NCBI GenBank assembly: GCA_937902105.1 | Contig: CALGTP010000696.1 | Span: forward strand, 1,209 to 65,208 | DNA: 64,000 nucleotides | Source: an uncultured Actinomycetes bacterium | GTDB taxonomy: Bacteria > Actinomycetota > Acidimicrobiia > Acidimicrobiales > Ilumatobacteraceae | Direction: 5' to 3' | Part shown: in pieces, positions 37,690-47,443 of the stretch | How the letters are laid out: every line of letters begins with the position of its first letter | How positions within the stretch are numbered: the first letter of the stretch is position 1 | Translations under genes and position numbers: made by a program | The notes under the pieces: model-generated | What the model was told of the DNA's origin: nothing | Database searches by the model: none | What the model saw: only the letters and a program-made list of their open reading frames with translations

Positions 37690-38819
37690 GGAATCGCCGT
37701 CGCTACTGGTTGATAAAGCAGGACTCGGACAAAGTTCAACGACTGTAAACGTGCCGACAAGCGTACCTCAAGCACTGCCCCTGAAGTTCCTGTGCGTTCA
37801 ACAATCTTGATCACGCGCCCGATAACGATTCCACGAGGAGCCAAACTGCTTGACCCACCTGATGTAAATATCAAAGCCCCGACGCGAACTTCACCAAATC
37901 TGGAGTTCTGATCGATAAATTCAACAATCGGTGCAGCGTCTAAACCGCGCCCACGGAAAATTCCCGTTTCGGCGGCCGACAAATTATTGATGTCGATGGT
38001 CGTTGATGGCCCAGCGGATGTTGACCCTGGGGCAATCGTCACGATGGTGCCGATAGTCGTCGTACTCAAGCGATCAAAATCAATGGCTGAAAAGTCCACA
38101 GTTGTTGGTGAAGCAACGAGAGTTGACGTCACCGATCCGAATAACGTCGTTCCCGTCACGGGGATCGTTGTCGTGCTCGTCGTTGTCGTTGTACTGGAGG
38201 TTGTTGTCGTACTACTCGTCGTTGAGGTCGTCGTGCTTGTCGTAGGCGATACCACCTCTGGCTGATTCACGACCTGCACTGGAGCCCCAAAGAGGACATC
38301 ATTTGCCAGCAGCACAATGGCCCGATTTTCCTCAACCCAAGTGATCTTGCCCACCAAACCAGCTGCATTCACCACGGGCATCCCAACCCGCAAACCACGC
38401 TTTGAACCCTGATTAATTTCCACGGTCTGCGAGAAATTAGAGGCCGAATCTCCAATGACTTGAGCTGTTACCGATGAAATATCAGCCAAGTTATCGATGC
38501 CGTTTAAGGCAAGTAACTCTTGAGCATCACGAACTGTTGCCAACGCGGCGATGAATGAACCCTCTTGTTGATCAAGTTGATCTTGCAATCGCTGATTCTC
38601 CGCCTCGAGATCGCCGTAGTTAGTGATTCCATTCCAGGCGTTTTCTATCGGTCGTGTGACAACTCGGACAGAACCTTGTACTGGTTCAAAAATCACACCG
38701 AATAAACGTCTCACCCCACCGACTATTGAGTTCCCTTGAAGGTCCAAGGTCATCAACAAAAGTGAAGTCAACGCCAGGATTGCTATTGACCGACGACGAC
38801 TGACGGAATAAACCGGCAT
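37686..38819 (-). CDS. mreC: Rod shape-determining protein MreC carrying a Ser/Thr-rich insertion
   Basis: It has an N-terminal TM segment, a coiled coil (LEAENQRLQDQLDQQ) and beta-barrel motifs (...GMPVVNAAGLVGKI... and ...TSGG....P.G..IG.V). An insertion spanning residues ~191-280 begins SPTTSTTTSTTSSTTTTSSTTTTTSTTT. Confidence 0.85.
   Translation of the reverse strand: MPVYSVSRRRSIAILALTSLLLMTLDLQGNSIVGGVRRLFGVIFEPVQGSVRVVTRPIENAWNGITNYGDLEAENQRLQDQLDQQEGSFIAALATVRDAQELLALNGIDNLADISSVTAQVIGDSASNFSQTVEINQGSKRGLRVGMPVVNAAGLVGKITWVEENRAIVLLANDVLFGAPVQVVNQPEVVSPTTSTTTSTTSSTTTTSSTTTTTSTTTIPVTGTTLFGSVTSTLVASPTTVDFSAIDFDRLSTTTIGTIVTIAPGSTSAGPSTTIDINNLSAAETGIFRGRGLDAAPIVEFIDQNSRFGEVRVGALIFTSGGSSSLAPRGIVIGRVIKIVERTGTSGAVLEVRLSARLQSLNFVRVLLYQPVATAIP
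38166..38249 (-). repeat. Low-complexity Ser/Thr codon tract within mreC
   Basis: 28 consecutive codons encode only S, T and one P (SPTTSTTTSTTSSTTTTSSTTTTTSTTT). The antisense strand reads as a spurious poly-Val ORF (37987-38265). Confidence 0.85.
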
Positions 38820-38836
38820 AGTCCTAGCCCACCCAC

Positions 38837-39868
38837 CTAGTCATCACTCTGGGACTGAAAGCCGCCCAGCATCTCGATGTTCTCCAAAGCGCGTCCAGAA
38901 CCAATGACCACGGAGAACAAAGGGTCATTAGCAATATTGATCGGCATCCCCGTTTCATGGGCTAAGCGACGATCAATGCCATACAGGAGGGAACCACCAC
39001 CCGTGATAGTGACACCCTTATACATAATGTCGGCAGCCAATTCCGGAGGCGTCTTATCAAGAGTGGTACGCACTGCGTCTACAATTGCCGCAACCGGCTC
39101 AGCGACTGCTTCACGCACCTGCCCAGAGGTCAGAGTAATCGTCCGAGGTAACCCGCTGATCAAATCTCTTCCACGAATCTCGCTGGTGATTTCCTGAGCA
39201 AAAGGCCAAGCCGACCCCATTTGAATTTTGATGTCTTCGGCTGTTTGCTCACCGACAGCAAGGGAAAACTCCCTTTTCAGATAAGCCATAATGGCCTCAT
39301 CAAGTTCGTCGCCAGCAATTCGCAAAGACTGCGAAGTGACGATTCCGCCTAAAGAAATCACTGCTACCTCAGTGGTCCCGCCACCGATATCGACAATCAT
39401 GTTTCCACTGGCCTCGTTGATCGCCAGATCAGCACCGATTGCCGCTGCTATCGGCTCTTCAATAATGTGAACTGGCTTACGTGCACCGGCATACTCGGCC
39501 GCATCCTGCACTGCCCGAGTTTCAACTCCAGTAATTCCAGACGGCACACACACGACCATGCGGGGTTTACTCCAGCGACTGCTATGCACTTTTTGGATGA
39601 AGTACCGCAACATTTTTTCACAGACTTCAAAATCGGCGATGACTCCATCTTTCAGAGGACGAATGGCACGAATATGGCTCGGGGTGCGGCCCATCATTCG
39701 CTTGGCTTCATAACCAACAGCTATCGGTCGACCATCGGAAACATCCAATGCCACCACCGAAGGTTCGTTCAACACAATGCCCTGACCGCGCACATAAATC
39801 AATGTGTTGGCAGTTCCCAAGTCAATCGCTATGTCTCGCCCGAGGGCTAGCGGATTATTTCGCGCCAT
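38837..39868 (-). CDS. mreB: Rod shape-determining actin homologue MreB
   Basis: The motifs DIAIDLGTANTLIYV, ...PL.DGVIAD..., ...VPSG.T.VE.RA and DIGGGTTEVAVISLGG are MreB signatures. The ATG at 39868 is preceded by GAGGAGG at good spacing; the ORF's TTG at 39874 is too close to the SD. Confidence 0.95.
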   Translation of the reverse strand: MARNNPLALGRDIAIDLGTANTLIYVRGQGIVLNEPSVVALDVSDGRPIAVGYEAKRMMGRTPSHIRAIRPLKDGVIADFEVCEKMLRYFIQKVHSSRWSKPRMVVCVPSGITGVETRAVQDAAEYAGARKPVHIIEEPIAAAIGADLAINEASGNMIVDIGGGTTEVAVISLGGIVTSQSLRIAGDELDEAIMAYLKREFSLAVGEQTAEDIKIQMGSAWPFAQEITSEIRGRDLISGLPRTITLTSGQVREAVAEPVAAIVDAVRTTLDKTPPELAADIMYKGVTITGGGSLLYGIDRRLAHETGMPINIANDPLFSVVIGSGRALENIEMLGGFQSQSDD

Positions 39869-39925
39869 AGCCAAAGCCTCCTCAGACGTGTTGCCCGTAG
39901 GAACGGGCGAGTGATTACCGAAATG

Positions 39926-40336
39926 TTACAGTTTCGGGAAGAAAATACTGATCTCTCGCTCAGCAGAGGCCAACGAGTCGCTGCCATGAACAAGGTTTTC
40001 GGTGAATAGGAGACCCAAATCGCCACGAATTGTTCCTGGTGCAGCCGACCGAGGGTTTGTGGCTCCCATCATGTTGCGCACGACTTCCCAGGTGTTCTCT
40101 GGGCTTTCGAGCACCAAGGCTACGACTGGACCCCGGGACATAAAAGCCACGAGTTCACCGTAAAAACCTTTGCCGACGTGCTCCTCGTAGTGACGAGCCA
40201 AGGTGTCAGCATCCAGTTGGCGCAGTTCAAGAGCCACGACCTTGAGCCCTTTGGCCTCAAATCGCGACAAAACCGATCCGATCAGGCCGCGTTCAACGGT
40301 ATCGGGCTTTAAAAGGACAAGAGTACGGTCAGACAT
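39926..40336 (-). CDS. ndk: Nucleoside-diphosphate kinase
   Basis: 136 aa. The motifs ERTLVLLKPD, ...GP.VALVLE..., ...GATNP..A.PGTIRGD... and ...N.VHGSDS are the NDK signature. Confidence 0.95.
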   Translation of the reverse strand: MSDRTLVLLKPDTVERGLIGSVLSRFEAKGLKVVALELRQLDADTLARHYEEHVGKGFYGELVAFMSRGPVVALVLESPENTWEVVRNMMGATNPRSAAPGTIRGDLGLLFTENLVHGSDSLASAEREISIFFPKL

Positions 40337-40366
40337 AGCGTTAAATCCTACCGCCTAGGCGAGTTC

Positions 40367-41662
40367 TCAGGGCAGAACTCGACGCAGATATGACCGAGCA
40401 GCTCCAACGACATATAAAGATCCGGTAATCAACAGGGCGTCATCAGGTCCAATGTGCTCAAGGGCACGACCGATCGCAGAACCAACGCTGTCCACGGTCT
40501 GGACATCATCGCAACCCATACGTCGAGCCGCCTGGGCCACTTCTTGGGCAGGTAGGCCCCGAGGAGATGGAGCTGTGCAGCACACCACGAGGTCAAAATC
40601 GTCGGCCCGCAAGGCCGCCAGCATCGCGTCTGGATCCCTGCCTTGTAGGCAACCCACAAGCAACAGGCGTCGTCCCGCAGGGTCAAAATCTTCAAAAAAC
40701 ACCGAAGCACAAACATCAGCACCCGCCGGATTGTGGGCTCCATCAACGATGACCAACGGTTGATGCCCTAAGACCTCAAAACGCCCCGGCATGGTCACAG
40801 CAGCGAAGGCTTCATCAATAACATCAGACTCCAATGCACGGGCGAAGAATGCTTCAACTGCCGTGATCGCCACAATCGCATTGTCGGCTTGATGGCGCCC
40901 ATGCAAAGGCACAAGAACTTCTGGATAGATAGTCGTTGGAGTGCGCACATCGATGACTCGTCCGCCGAGCGCAAGTTGATTGGAGTCGACTTCAAAATCA
41001 GTTTTACGGACTAACAGCGAGGCTCCATCCGCAGCAGCAAAAATGGCCACCATCTCGGCGTCGCTCTCTCCGCACACAACAACACTCTGCGGTTTGATGA
41101 TTCCTGCTTTTTCGCGGGCGATATCAGCCCGCGTCGGTCCAGCAAATTCCATATGGTCCAAACCAATGTTGGTAATTACTGCCACGTGAGCATTGACCAC
41201 ATTGGTTGCGTCCCAGCGACCGAGTAGCCCAACTTCAATAACCATGACATCCACGGCCTCATCGGCGAACCACCGAAAAGCGGCCGCTGTACAAATATCA
41301 AAATAGCCAGGGCGCATCCCAGCGAGAACCTCAAGGTCAGCAATCGCAGAAATCTGTTCGCCGAAAGACTCGTCGCTGATGACTTCACAATCAATCGTGA
41401 AGCGTTCATTAACTCGCTCGAGATGTGGACTGGTGTAGGTCCCCACGCGTAACCCACTAGCCATCAACAAACGAGTAATCATCTGTGCTGTGGAACCTTT
41501 TCCATTTGTCCCAGTGATGTGAATAACGGGAGCACAATGTTGCGGTTCGCCTAACAGTTCACACAGTCGCGAAATCGTTGCGGTTGAGGGAGAGTCAATC
41601 CTGCCCGTCTTGTCATACGAGGCGTGATGGTCAAGATAATCAAGAGCCTGTTGATAGGTCAT
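40367..41662 (-). CDS. folC: Folylpolyglutamate synthase / dihydrofolate synthase
   Basis: HITGTNGKGST is the P-loop. ...TSPHL....ER and the Mur-ligase central and C-terminal domains (DGAHNP) follow. Confidence 0.9.
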   Translation of the reverse strand: MTYQQALDYLDHHASYDKTGRIDSPSTATISRLCELLGEPQHCAPVIHITGTNGKGSTAQMITRLLMASGLRVGTYTSPHLERVNERFTIDCEVISDESFGEQISAIADLEVLAGMRPGYFDICTAAAFRWFADEAVDVMVIEVGLLGRWDATNVVNAHVAVITNIGLDHMEFAGPTRADIAREKAGIIKPQSVVVCGESDAEMVAIFAAADGASLLVRKTDFEVDSNQLALGGRVIDVRTPTTIYPEVLVPLHGRHQADNAIVAITAVEAFFARALESDVIDEAFAAVTMPGRFEVLGHQPLVIVDGAHNPAGADVCASVFFEDFDPAGRRLLLVGCLQGRDPDAMLAALRADDFDLVVCCTAPSPRGLPAQEVAQAARRMGCDDVQTVDSVGSAIGRALEHIGPDDALLITGSLYVVGAARSYLRRVLP

Positions 41663-41689
41663 GGCATTACCTTGTTTGTACGGCGCAGG

Positions 41690-42973
41690 TCAACTGGCAG
41701 CACGACGCGGGCGGGCCGCCCGAGGAGCAGATCGCAGAACTAATGTGGGCGCCGCCTTTGTACGTACTGAATCAGCATTGATGATCACCTTGGCGACATC
41801 GGTACGACCTGGCAAGTCGAACATCACATTCAGAAGTGTCTCTTCTAAAATCGCTCGCAATCCACGGGCTCCAGTTCCGCGTGCCAAAGCCTGTTCGGCG
41901 ATGGCATCCAGAGCTTCATCTGTGAGTTCAAGTTCAACATCTTCAAACTCAAAGAACTTTTGGAACTGCTTGACCAACGCATTTTTCGGTTCTGTTAAAA
42001 TCTGAATCAATGCACTGCGGTCCAAACTGTGGACAGCACCAATCATCGGCAAGCGACCGACAAATTCCGGAATCAAGCCGTAGGCCAAGAGATCCTCAGG
42101 AAGAACTTGGCTGAATAAATCGCCAGCAGCTCTTTCGGCCTTCGTACGAACCGTGGCATGAAATCCCACGCCCTTATGCCCCACACGCTGTTCAATAATT
42201 TTGTCTAAACCAGCGAATGCACCACCACAGATGAACAGCACATTGGTGGTGTCAATTTGAATGAACTCTTGATGCGGATGCTTGCGGCCACCCTGGGGTG
42301 GAACCGAAGCCACGGTCCCCTCAAGGATCTTCAGCAACGCTTGCTGCACTCCCTCACCAGAAACATCACGGGTAATTGACGGATTTTCACTTTTACGTGC
42401 AATCTTGTCGATCTCGTCAATATAGATAATTCCAGTTTCAGCTTTTTTGACATCAAAATCAGCAGCCTGAATCAGTTTCAGCAAAATGTTTTCAACATCT
42501 TCACCGACATAACCAGCCTCGGTGAGTGCAGTTGCGTCAGCGATAGCAAACGGAACGTTGAGCATCCGTGCCAAAGTCTGCGCCAAGTGAGTCTTACCGC
42601 ATCCGGTTGGCCCGAGAAGTAGGATATTGCTCTTTGCTAATTCGACTTCATCGCGACGCGACAGTCCAATATCTTTTTGATACTGCAAGCGGCGATAGTG
42701 GTTGTAGACCGAAACTGCTAAAACCTTTTTCGCTTGTACCTGTCCCACGACATACTCATCCAAAAAGGAACAAATCTCACGAGGCTTGGGCAACTCTTCA
42801 AGCCGCAGGTCGGTTGCTTCACCAACTTCTTCTTCGATGATCTCGTTACACAGGTCGATGCACTCATCGCAGATATAGACAGCTGGCCCAGCAATAAGTT
42901 TCTTGACCTGCTTTTGCGATTTACCGCAAAAAGAACATTTCAAAGTCTCACTTGTCTCACCAAACTTAGCCAC
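41690..42973 (-). CDS. clpX: ATP-dependent Clp protease ATP-binding subunit ClpX
   Basis: The zinc finger is [22 protein letters not shown]. Walker A is GPTGCGKT and Walker B is IIYIDEIDK. An IGF-type loop region is present. GTG start. Confidence 0.95.
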   Translation of the reverse strand: MAKFGETSETLKCSFCGKSQKQVKKLIAGPAVYICDECIDLCNEIIEEEVGEATDLRLEELPKPREICSFLDEYVVGQVQAKKVLAVSVYNHYRRLQYQKDIGLSRRDEVELAKSNILLLGPTGCGKTHLAQTLARMLNVPFAIADATALTEAGYVGEDVENILLKLIQAADFDVKKAETGIIYIDEIDKIARKSENPSITRDVSGEGVQQALLKILEGTVASVPPQGGRKHPHQEFIQIDTTNVLFICGGAFAGLDKIIEQRVGHKGVGFHATVRTKAERAAGDLFSQVLPEDLLAYGLIPEFVGRLPMIGAVHSLDRSALIQILTEPKNALVKQFQKFFEFEDVELELTDEALDAIAEQALARGTGARGLRAILEETLLNVMFDLPGRTDVAKVIINADSVRTKAAPTLVLRSAPRAARPRRAAS

Positions 42974-43065
42974 GTCTACCCAACCTTTCGCCTCACAGCC
43001 TTACACATCCACAAACCTTATCGGTTGGATGCCCTGTGGACTTGAGGGCCTTCTCGGGGTGAAAT

Positions 43066-43698
43066 TCAGCGAATGGGACCGCTACGGTCAACGATGGCGC
43101 GAGAGGAAATCACTTCATCAATGATTCCGTAGGCCACGGCCTCATTGGCTTCCATCACGAAGTCGCGATCCGTGTCAGCATGGATGCGCTCACGGGGCTG
43201 CCCAGTGTGCTCAGACAAGATGTCCTCAAGAATGTCGCGCATCCGGAAGATTTCTTTAGCAGCGATCTCAAGATCAGTGACCTGACCGTAGCCGACCTGT
43301 CCGTATGGCTGATGTAACAAAACTCGACTGTGTGGAAGAGCTAGACGCTTGCCTTTCGTACCAGCGGCAAGTAGCACCGCAGCGGCACTGGCAGCCTGAC
43401 CGAGACAAATCGTAGCGATGTCATTTTTGATGAACTGCATGGTGTCGTAAATCGCGAATAGAGCAGTGATGTCGCCACCAGGACTATTGATATAGATGTT
43501 GATGTCCTTATCTGGGTTTTCGCTTTCAAGGTGAATCAACTGCGCACAAACCAAGTTGGCGATGGTGTCATCTATCGGGGTTCCCAAGAAAAGAATGTTT
43601 TCTTTCAGCAAGCGACTGTAGAGGTCATAGGCGCGCTCACCGCGACTGGTCTGCTCGACCACCGTTGGCACATAGTAGTTAAAGGCATCAAGATTCAT
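43066..43698 (-). CDS. clpP: ATP-dependent Clp protease proteolytic subunit ClpP (single copy in this locus)
   Basis: From the ATG at 43698 (10 nt after the tig stop): [31 protein letters not shown]..., ...INSPGG..., ...G.AASAAA.LL and ...HQP form the Ser-His-Asp ClpP signature. The listed ORF (to 43803) adds a Thr-rich N-terminal extension that overlaps tig and is unlikely to be translated. Confidence 0.95.
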   Translation of the reverse strand: MNLDAFNYYVPTVVEQTSRGERAYDLYSRLLKENILFLGTPIDDTIANLVCAQLIHLESENPDKDINIYINSPGGDITALFAIYDTMQFIKNDIATICLGQAASAAAVLLAAGTKGKRLALPHSRVLLHQPYGQVGYGQVTDLEIAAKEIFRMRDILEDILSEHTGQPRERIHADTDRDFVMEANEAVAYGIIDEVISSRAIVDRSGPIR

Positions 43699-43708
43699 GG
43701 CATTCCTA

Positions 43709-45166
43709 TCAGTGGTCGTGTTCAGTGGATTCGGTGTCTGAGGAGGTTTCATCGTGCTCGTGGTCATCGTGGTCGTGTTGATGATCCGACTCTGCATGTC
43801 CAATCACTGCATCACGATCAAGCACATTGCCACTTGGGTCAACATATTCAACACGGTGTATCAACCAATCAAGAGCCTTTGATTTGCTGATCTCGGCAGC
43901 CAAATCAACGACAGCATCATTGGCTTGGTAGGCCGCACGAATTTGCTCAACGCTGACAAATTTAATTTTCTTATTTTTCGGCGAACCAGCTATCTGATGC
44001 TCACGGAAAGCAGCTTCATTGCTGCGGTCAGCCATTGACTCAAATTCGTTCTCAACTTCTTCGTCAGTCGCTTCAAGATTTTCGGCCTTGACGACGGCGC
44101 GCAGAGCCAAGTCAACCTTGACGGCTTTTTGGCTTTGTGGGCGAAGACCTTCAACGAAGGACTGCGCATCTTGACCAGTTGCTTGAAGCCACTGATCAAT
44201 GTTGATTCCCTGACCTTGGAATTGACGAATCGTATTTTCGACTCGCCGTTGAAGATCAGCAGCAACCATGACCTCTGGCGTTTCTATGTCAGCTAATTCA
44301 ATAAGTGCATCGGTCACTTTTTCCACTACGACATTGCGAACTTGATTGAGACGATTCGTCGTGAGGCGATCAACTACTGACTCGCGCCATTCGGCGACAT
44401 TCTCAAAATCTTCAATGTTTTCAGCAACCCAGGCGTCGCTCAGTTCAGGCACAACGAGTTCTTGTACCGAGGTCAAAGTGACAGCGAAATCGGCTGCCTC
44501 TTGAGTGCCAGAAGGGGTATCGCTGAAAGTAAACGAAGCGCCCGCAACTTGACCGATGAGATTCTCATCAAACGAAGGGGCTACCCACTTTTTACCAATC
44601 TCATAGGACCATTCTTCAACGGCCAAGCCAACAACTGGCTCGCCGTCACGAGTGCCCACTAAATCAACAATGACGAAGTCGCCCTCTTTGGCGGCACGAT
44701 CAACGGTCTCCAACTTGCCAAGACGGCGTCGTTCCGCATCGAGGACATCATCAATTTCTTGATCGGGCACTTCGATCGCTGGCACTTCGGCGCGTAGCCC
44801 CGCGTAACCAGGCAACAAAATGACTGGACGAATTTCGCAGGTGGCATCAAATGACACGGGCCCGTCCTCTTGGCCGCCAGTGATATCAATCTGAGGTGTG
44901 GCGATGATGTCCACATTGTGCTCGCGCACCGCCAAACCGAGATACTGGGGAACGGCATCACGTAAGGCCTGCTCGCGAGCGGCCCCAATGCCTATCCGAG
45001 CCTCAAGTACTTTGCGTGGGGCTTTTCCAGCACGAAAGCCGGGTAAGCGCACCTCCAAGGCAATCTTGGCAAATGCAGCGTCAATGTCACGGGCAAAATC
45101 AGTCTCGTCTACTTCGACGGAGAGCTTGACTTTGTTGCCCTCTAGGGGTTCGCAGGTCGTCTTCAC
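43709..45166 (-). CDS. tig: Trigger factor
   Basis: [24 protein letters not shown] is the canonical TF N-terminus (GTG at 45166). An FKBP-type PPIase region and a C-terminal domain follow, then an acidic His/Asp-rich tail. The ORF could also start at ATG 45217. Confidence 0.9.
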   Translation of the reverse strand: MKTTCEPLEGNKVKLSVEVDETDFARDIDAAFAKIALEVRLPGFRAGKAPRKVLEARIGIGAAREQALRDAVPQYLGLAVREHNVDIIATPQIDITGGQEDGPVSFDATCEIRPVILLPGYAGLRAEVPAIEVPDQEIDDVLDAERRRLGKLETVDRAAKEGDFVIVDLVGTRDGEPVVGLAVEEWSYEIGKKWVAPSFDENLIGQVAGASFTFSDTPSGTQEAADFAVTLTSVQELVVPELSDAWVAENIEDFENVAEWRESVVDRLTTNRLNQVRNVVVEKVTDALIELADIETPEVMVAADLQRRVENTIRQFQGQGINIDQWLQATGQDAQSFVEGLRPQSQKAVKVDLALRAVVKAENLEATDEEVENEFESMADRSNEAAFREHQIAGSPKNKKIKFVSVEQIRAAYQANDAVVDLAAEISKSKALDWLIHRVEYVDPSGNVLDRDAVIGHAESDHQHDHDDHEHDETSSDTESTEHDH

Positions 45167-45258
45167 AGAGTGCCGAGTGTATCGGCGATGTCGCACTGAG
45201 GACTCGTCATAAGGCATAGTTGGTGTATGTCGTTTTACACTTACTTTGGAGAGACCCG

Positions 45259-45540
45259 ATGAAAGCCACCTGGAAGCCCCGATGGAAGCCCCATGCCTTG
45301 GCCACTCCGCATAGCGATCAGTTGCAACTTCGCCTTCGGGACAAGGTGGTCGCGATTGTTGATTTGGCCGATGTCCCCAACGGCACTGAGGGCAAAGTTC
45401 TCTTGGCCAATGGCTTTAATTGGGAGCGATATCGCGTGCTTTTCAATAACGGCATTGAACTTGGGGACCTTGACGGACGCAATATTGCACCCATTGGACG
45501 CACCGCCAAGCGTCTCGCCAAAGCCGCAGCGCGCCGCTAA
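45259..45540 (+). CDS. Small hypothetical protein
   Basis: The ORF 45220-45540 has an internal ATG at 45259, giving MKATWKPRWKP... (~93 aa). It looks globular (...VAIVDLADVPNGTEGKVLLANGFNWERYRVLFNNGIELGDLD...). No family recognised. Confidence 0.35.
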   Translation: MKATWKPRWKPHALATPHSDQLQLRLRDKVVAIVDLADVPNGTEGKVLLANGFNWERYRVLFNNGIELGDLDGRNIAPIGRTAKRLAKAAARR

Positions 45541-45548
45541 TCACTATC

Positions 45549-46730
45549 GTGTCGGGCTCGTTACAGCATCGTTTTCCTGCACTTGCTGGACCAACGGGCG
45601 TGTGGGCGAGATTTGACGGCCCATCGGGTACACAAATGGTCGATTCGGCCATTTCCGCAGTCCACGATTGGATGTTGTCAGGTCAGACCGCTGCCGTCGG
45701 AGGGCCTTTCGAGGCCGCCCAACAATGCCAAGACCTGCTCGACATCACCCGAGTGACTCTCGGTCAGTTATTCAATGCTGATCCGAGGGGTTTCAGTTTT
45801 GGTCCCAACACGACGACCAACAACATGGCCATGGCCAATGCCATTTCCGAAACCCTGCGTCCAGGTGATCGAGTCGTGGGCACCAAACTCGACCACGACT
45901 CCAACGTCATGCCCTGGCGTCGGGCCTGCGAAAGATCTGGAGCCGAGCAAGTATTGGCAGATTTTGATCCCCGCACGGGAGTCCTTGACGCAGCCAGCGT
46001 GATTGCCCTGATTGACGAACGCACGCGCTGGGTGACATTGCCAGCAGCATCGAACTTGCTCGGCACAATGCCTAATTTGGAGCCGATCATTAGCCGTGCT
46101 CATGCCGTCGGCGCATATGTCTATGTTGATGCCGTTGCCGCCGCACCACATCACGCCATTGATATTGCCAGCCTTGATTGCGATGTATTAGTAACCTCGC
46201 CATACAAATGGTATGGACCGCACTGTGGAGTCATCTGGTGTCGCCCAGAATTGATGGCCGAACTTGATATCTGGCGTGTGCGTCCCGCAGGCGACAGTGG
46301 CCCTCGCAAATTTGAAACTGGAATGCCAAATTTTGAAGCCATCGCTGGAACGCAAGCCGCCGCCCGATTTTTAATCGAAGAAGGCATGGACCAATTGGCC
46401 GAATATGAGTCACAAGTTTTCTCACGCTTGTGGGACGGCCTCGGCAATATCGATGGGGTTCGACGCATCGGACCCAGCGATGGACAGCTGCGAGCACCCA
46501 CCGCGGCTTTTGTCATTGCCGATCTTGACCCGGCGCAGATCAGTGCCCGCCTGGCTACGGAGAAAATCGCCCTATGGGATGGCCATGCCTACGCAGTTGA
46601 GGTGGTTGAACACCTCGGTCTTGCCGATCGAGGCGGAGTTATTCGCGCTGGCGTGGTGCGCTACATCGAAAACGACGATGTAGATCGTCTCCTCAATGCC
46701 ATCGAGCGTTGCTGTCACTCAAAAAAATAG
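45549..46730 (+). CDS. Class V aminotransferase-fold PLP enzyme (cysteine desulfurase-like)
   Basis: 393 aa. The motifs FPAL......FDGPSGTQ.V, ...DHDSNV.PW... and ...SPYKWYGPH (PLP-lysine context) are typical of the 'cysteine desulfurase-like' subgroup. No catalytic Cys loop was verified. Confidence 0.75.
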   Translation: MSGSLQHRFPALAGPTGVWARFDGPSGTQMVDSAISAVHDWMLSGQTAAVGGPFEAAQQCQDLLDITRVTLGQLFNADPRGFSFGPNTTTNNMAMANAISETLRPGDRVVGTKLDHDSNVMPWRRACERSGAEQVLADFDPRTGVLDAASVIALIDERTRWVTLPAASNLLGTMPNLEPIISRAHAVGAYVYVDAVAAAPHHAIDIASLDCDVLVTSPYKWYGPHCGVIWCRPELMAELDIWRVRPAGDSGPRKFETGMPNFEAIAGTQAAARFLIEEGMDQLAEYESQVFSRLWDGLGNIDGVRRIGPSDGQLRAPTAAFVIADLDPAQISARLATEKIALWDGHAYAVEVVEHLGLADRGGVIRAGVVRYIENDDVDRLLNAIERCCHSKK

Positions 46731-46792
46731 TTCTGACGCTCGAAATGGACAAGAAATTGGCAGTCATGCGCCACTACCTCTAGACTCACGGA

Positions 46793-47443
46793 GTGCCCTC
46801 CAATACAACCTCCGCGACAGACCGCCTCGCGACAACACAAGGCAACGATTCCCCTTCGGCACTTCAAACTGACGGGCGGCGCGAGCGAGGCAACCGCAAT
46901 AAGGCGGCAGTCGTCGCGGCCTTACTTGATCTTTACGCACAAGGCGAGATTCAACCTCCGGCAGCACGAATCGCAGAGATAGCCAAAGTTTCCGAACGGT
47001 CCGTCTTTCGCTACTTCGACGACATGGAAGACCTCTCAGCCTTCGCAGTTGAGTTGCAATGGTCGCGCGTTAAAGATCTTTACGAAAATCTGGTATCAGA
47101 CGGAAACTTCAGCGAACGCCTCGCCGCTATCGTCGAACAACGTCTGCATCTCTACGACAAGGTCGAGAGCGTCTACCAAGTTGCGGTTCTCGCGGCGCGC
47201 AAGAACACAGTTGTCGCATCTGCTCTCAAGAAACGGCGCTCGATATTGCGCCATCAAACAATGAAACAGTTCGCCCAAGAACTCGACAATCATCCTGACT
47301 CTGCCAACGCACGACGAATTTTGGACTTCACCTTGAGTCTCGAAAATGTCGATTACCTGAAATCCGCGATGGGTCTCTCCAGCGCGAAAAGTTCCGAAAC
47401 TTTACAGGCAGCAGTTGCAATCTTGTTTCATCTTCAACATTAG
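46793..47443 (+). CDS. TetR/AcrR family transcriptional regulator
   Basis: The HTH region is ...NKAAVVAALLDLYAQGEIQPPAARIAEIAKVSERSVFRYF. The size (~216 aa) fits, and the N-terminal ~35 aa are low-complexity. GTG start. Confidence 0.8.
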   Translation: MPSNTTSATDRLATTQGNDSPSALQTDGRRERGNRNKAAVVAALLDLYAQGEIQPPAARIAEIAKVSERSVFRYFDDMEDLSAFAVELQWSRVKDLYENLVSDGNFSERLAAIVEQRLHLYDKVESVYQVAVLAARKNTVVASALKKRRSILRHQTMKQFAQELDNHPDSANARRILDFTLSLENVDYLKSAMGLSSAKSSETLQAAVAILFHLQH

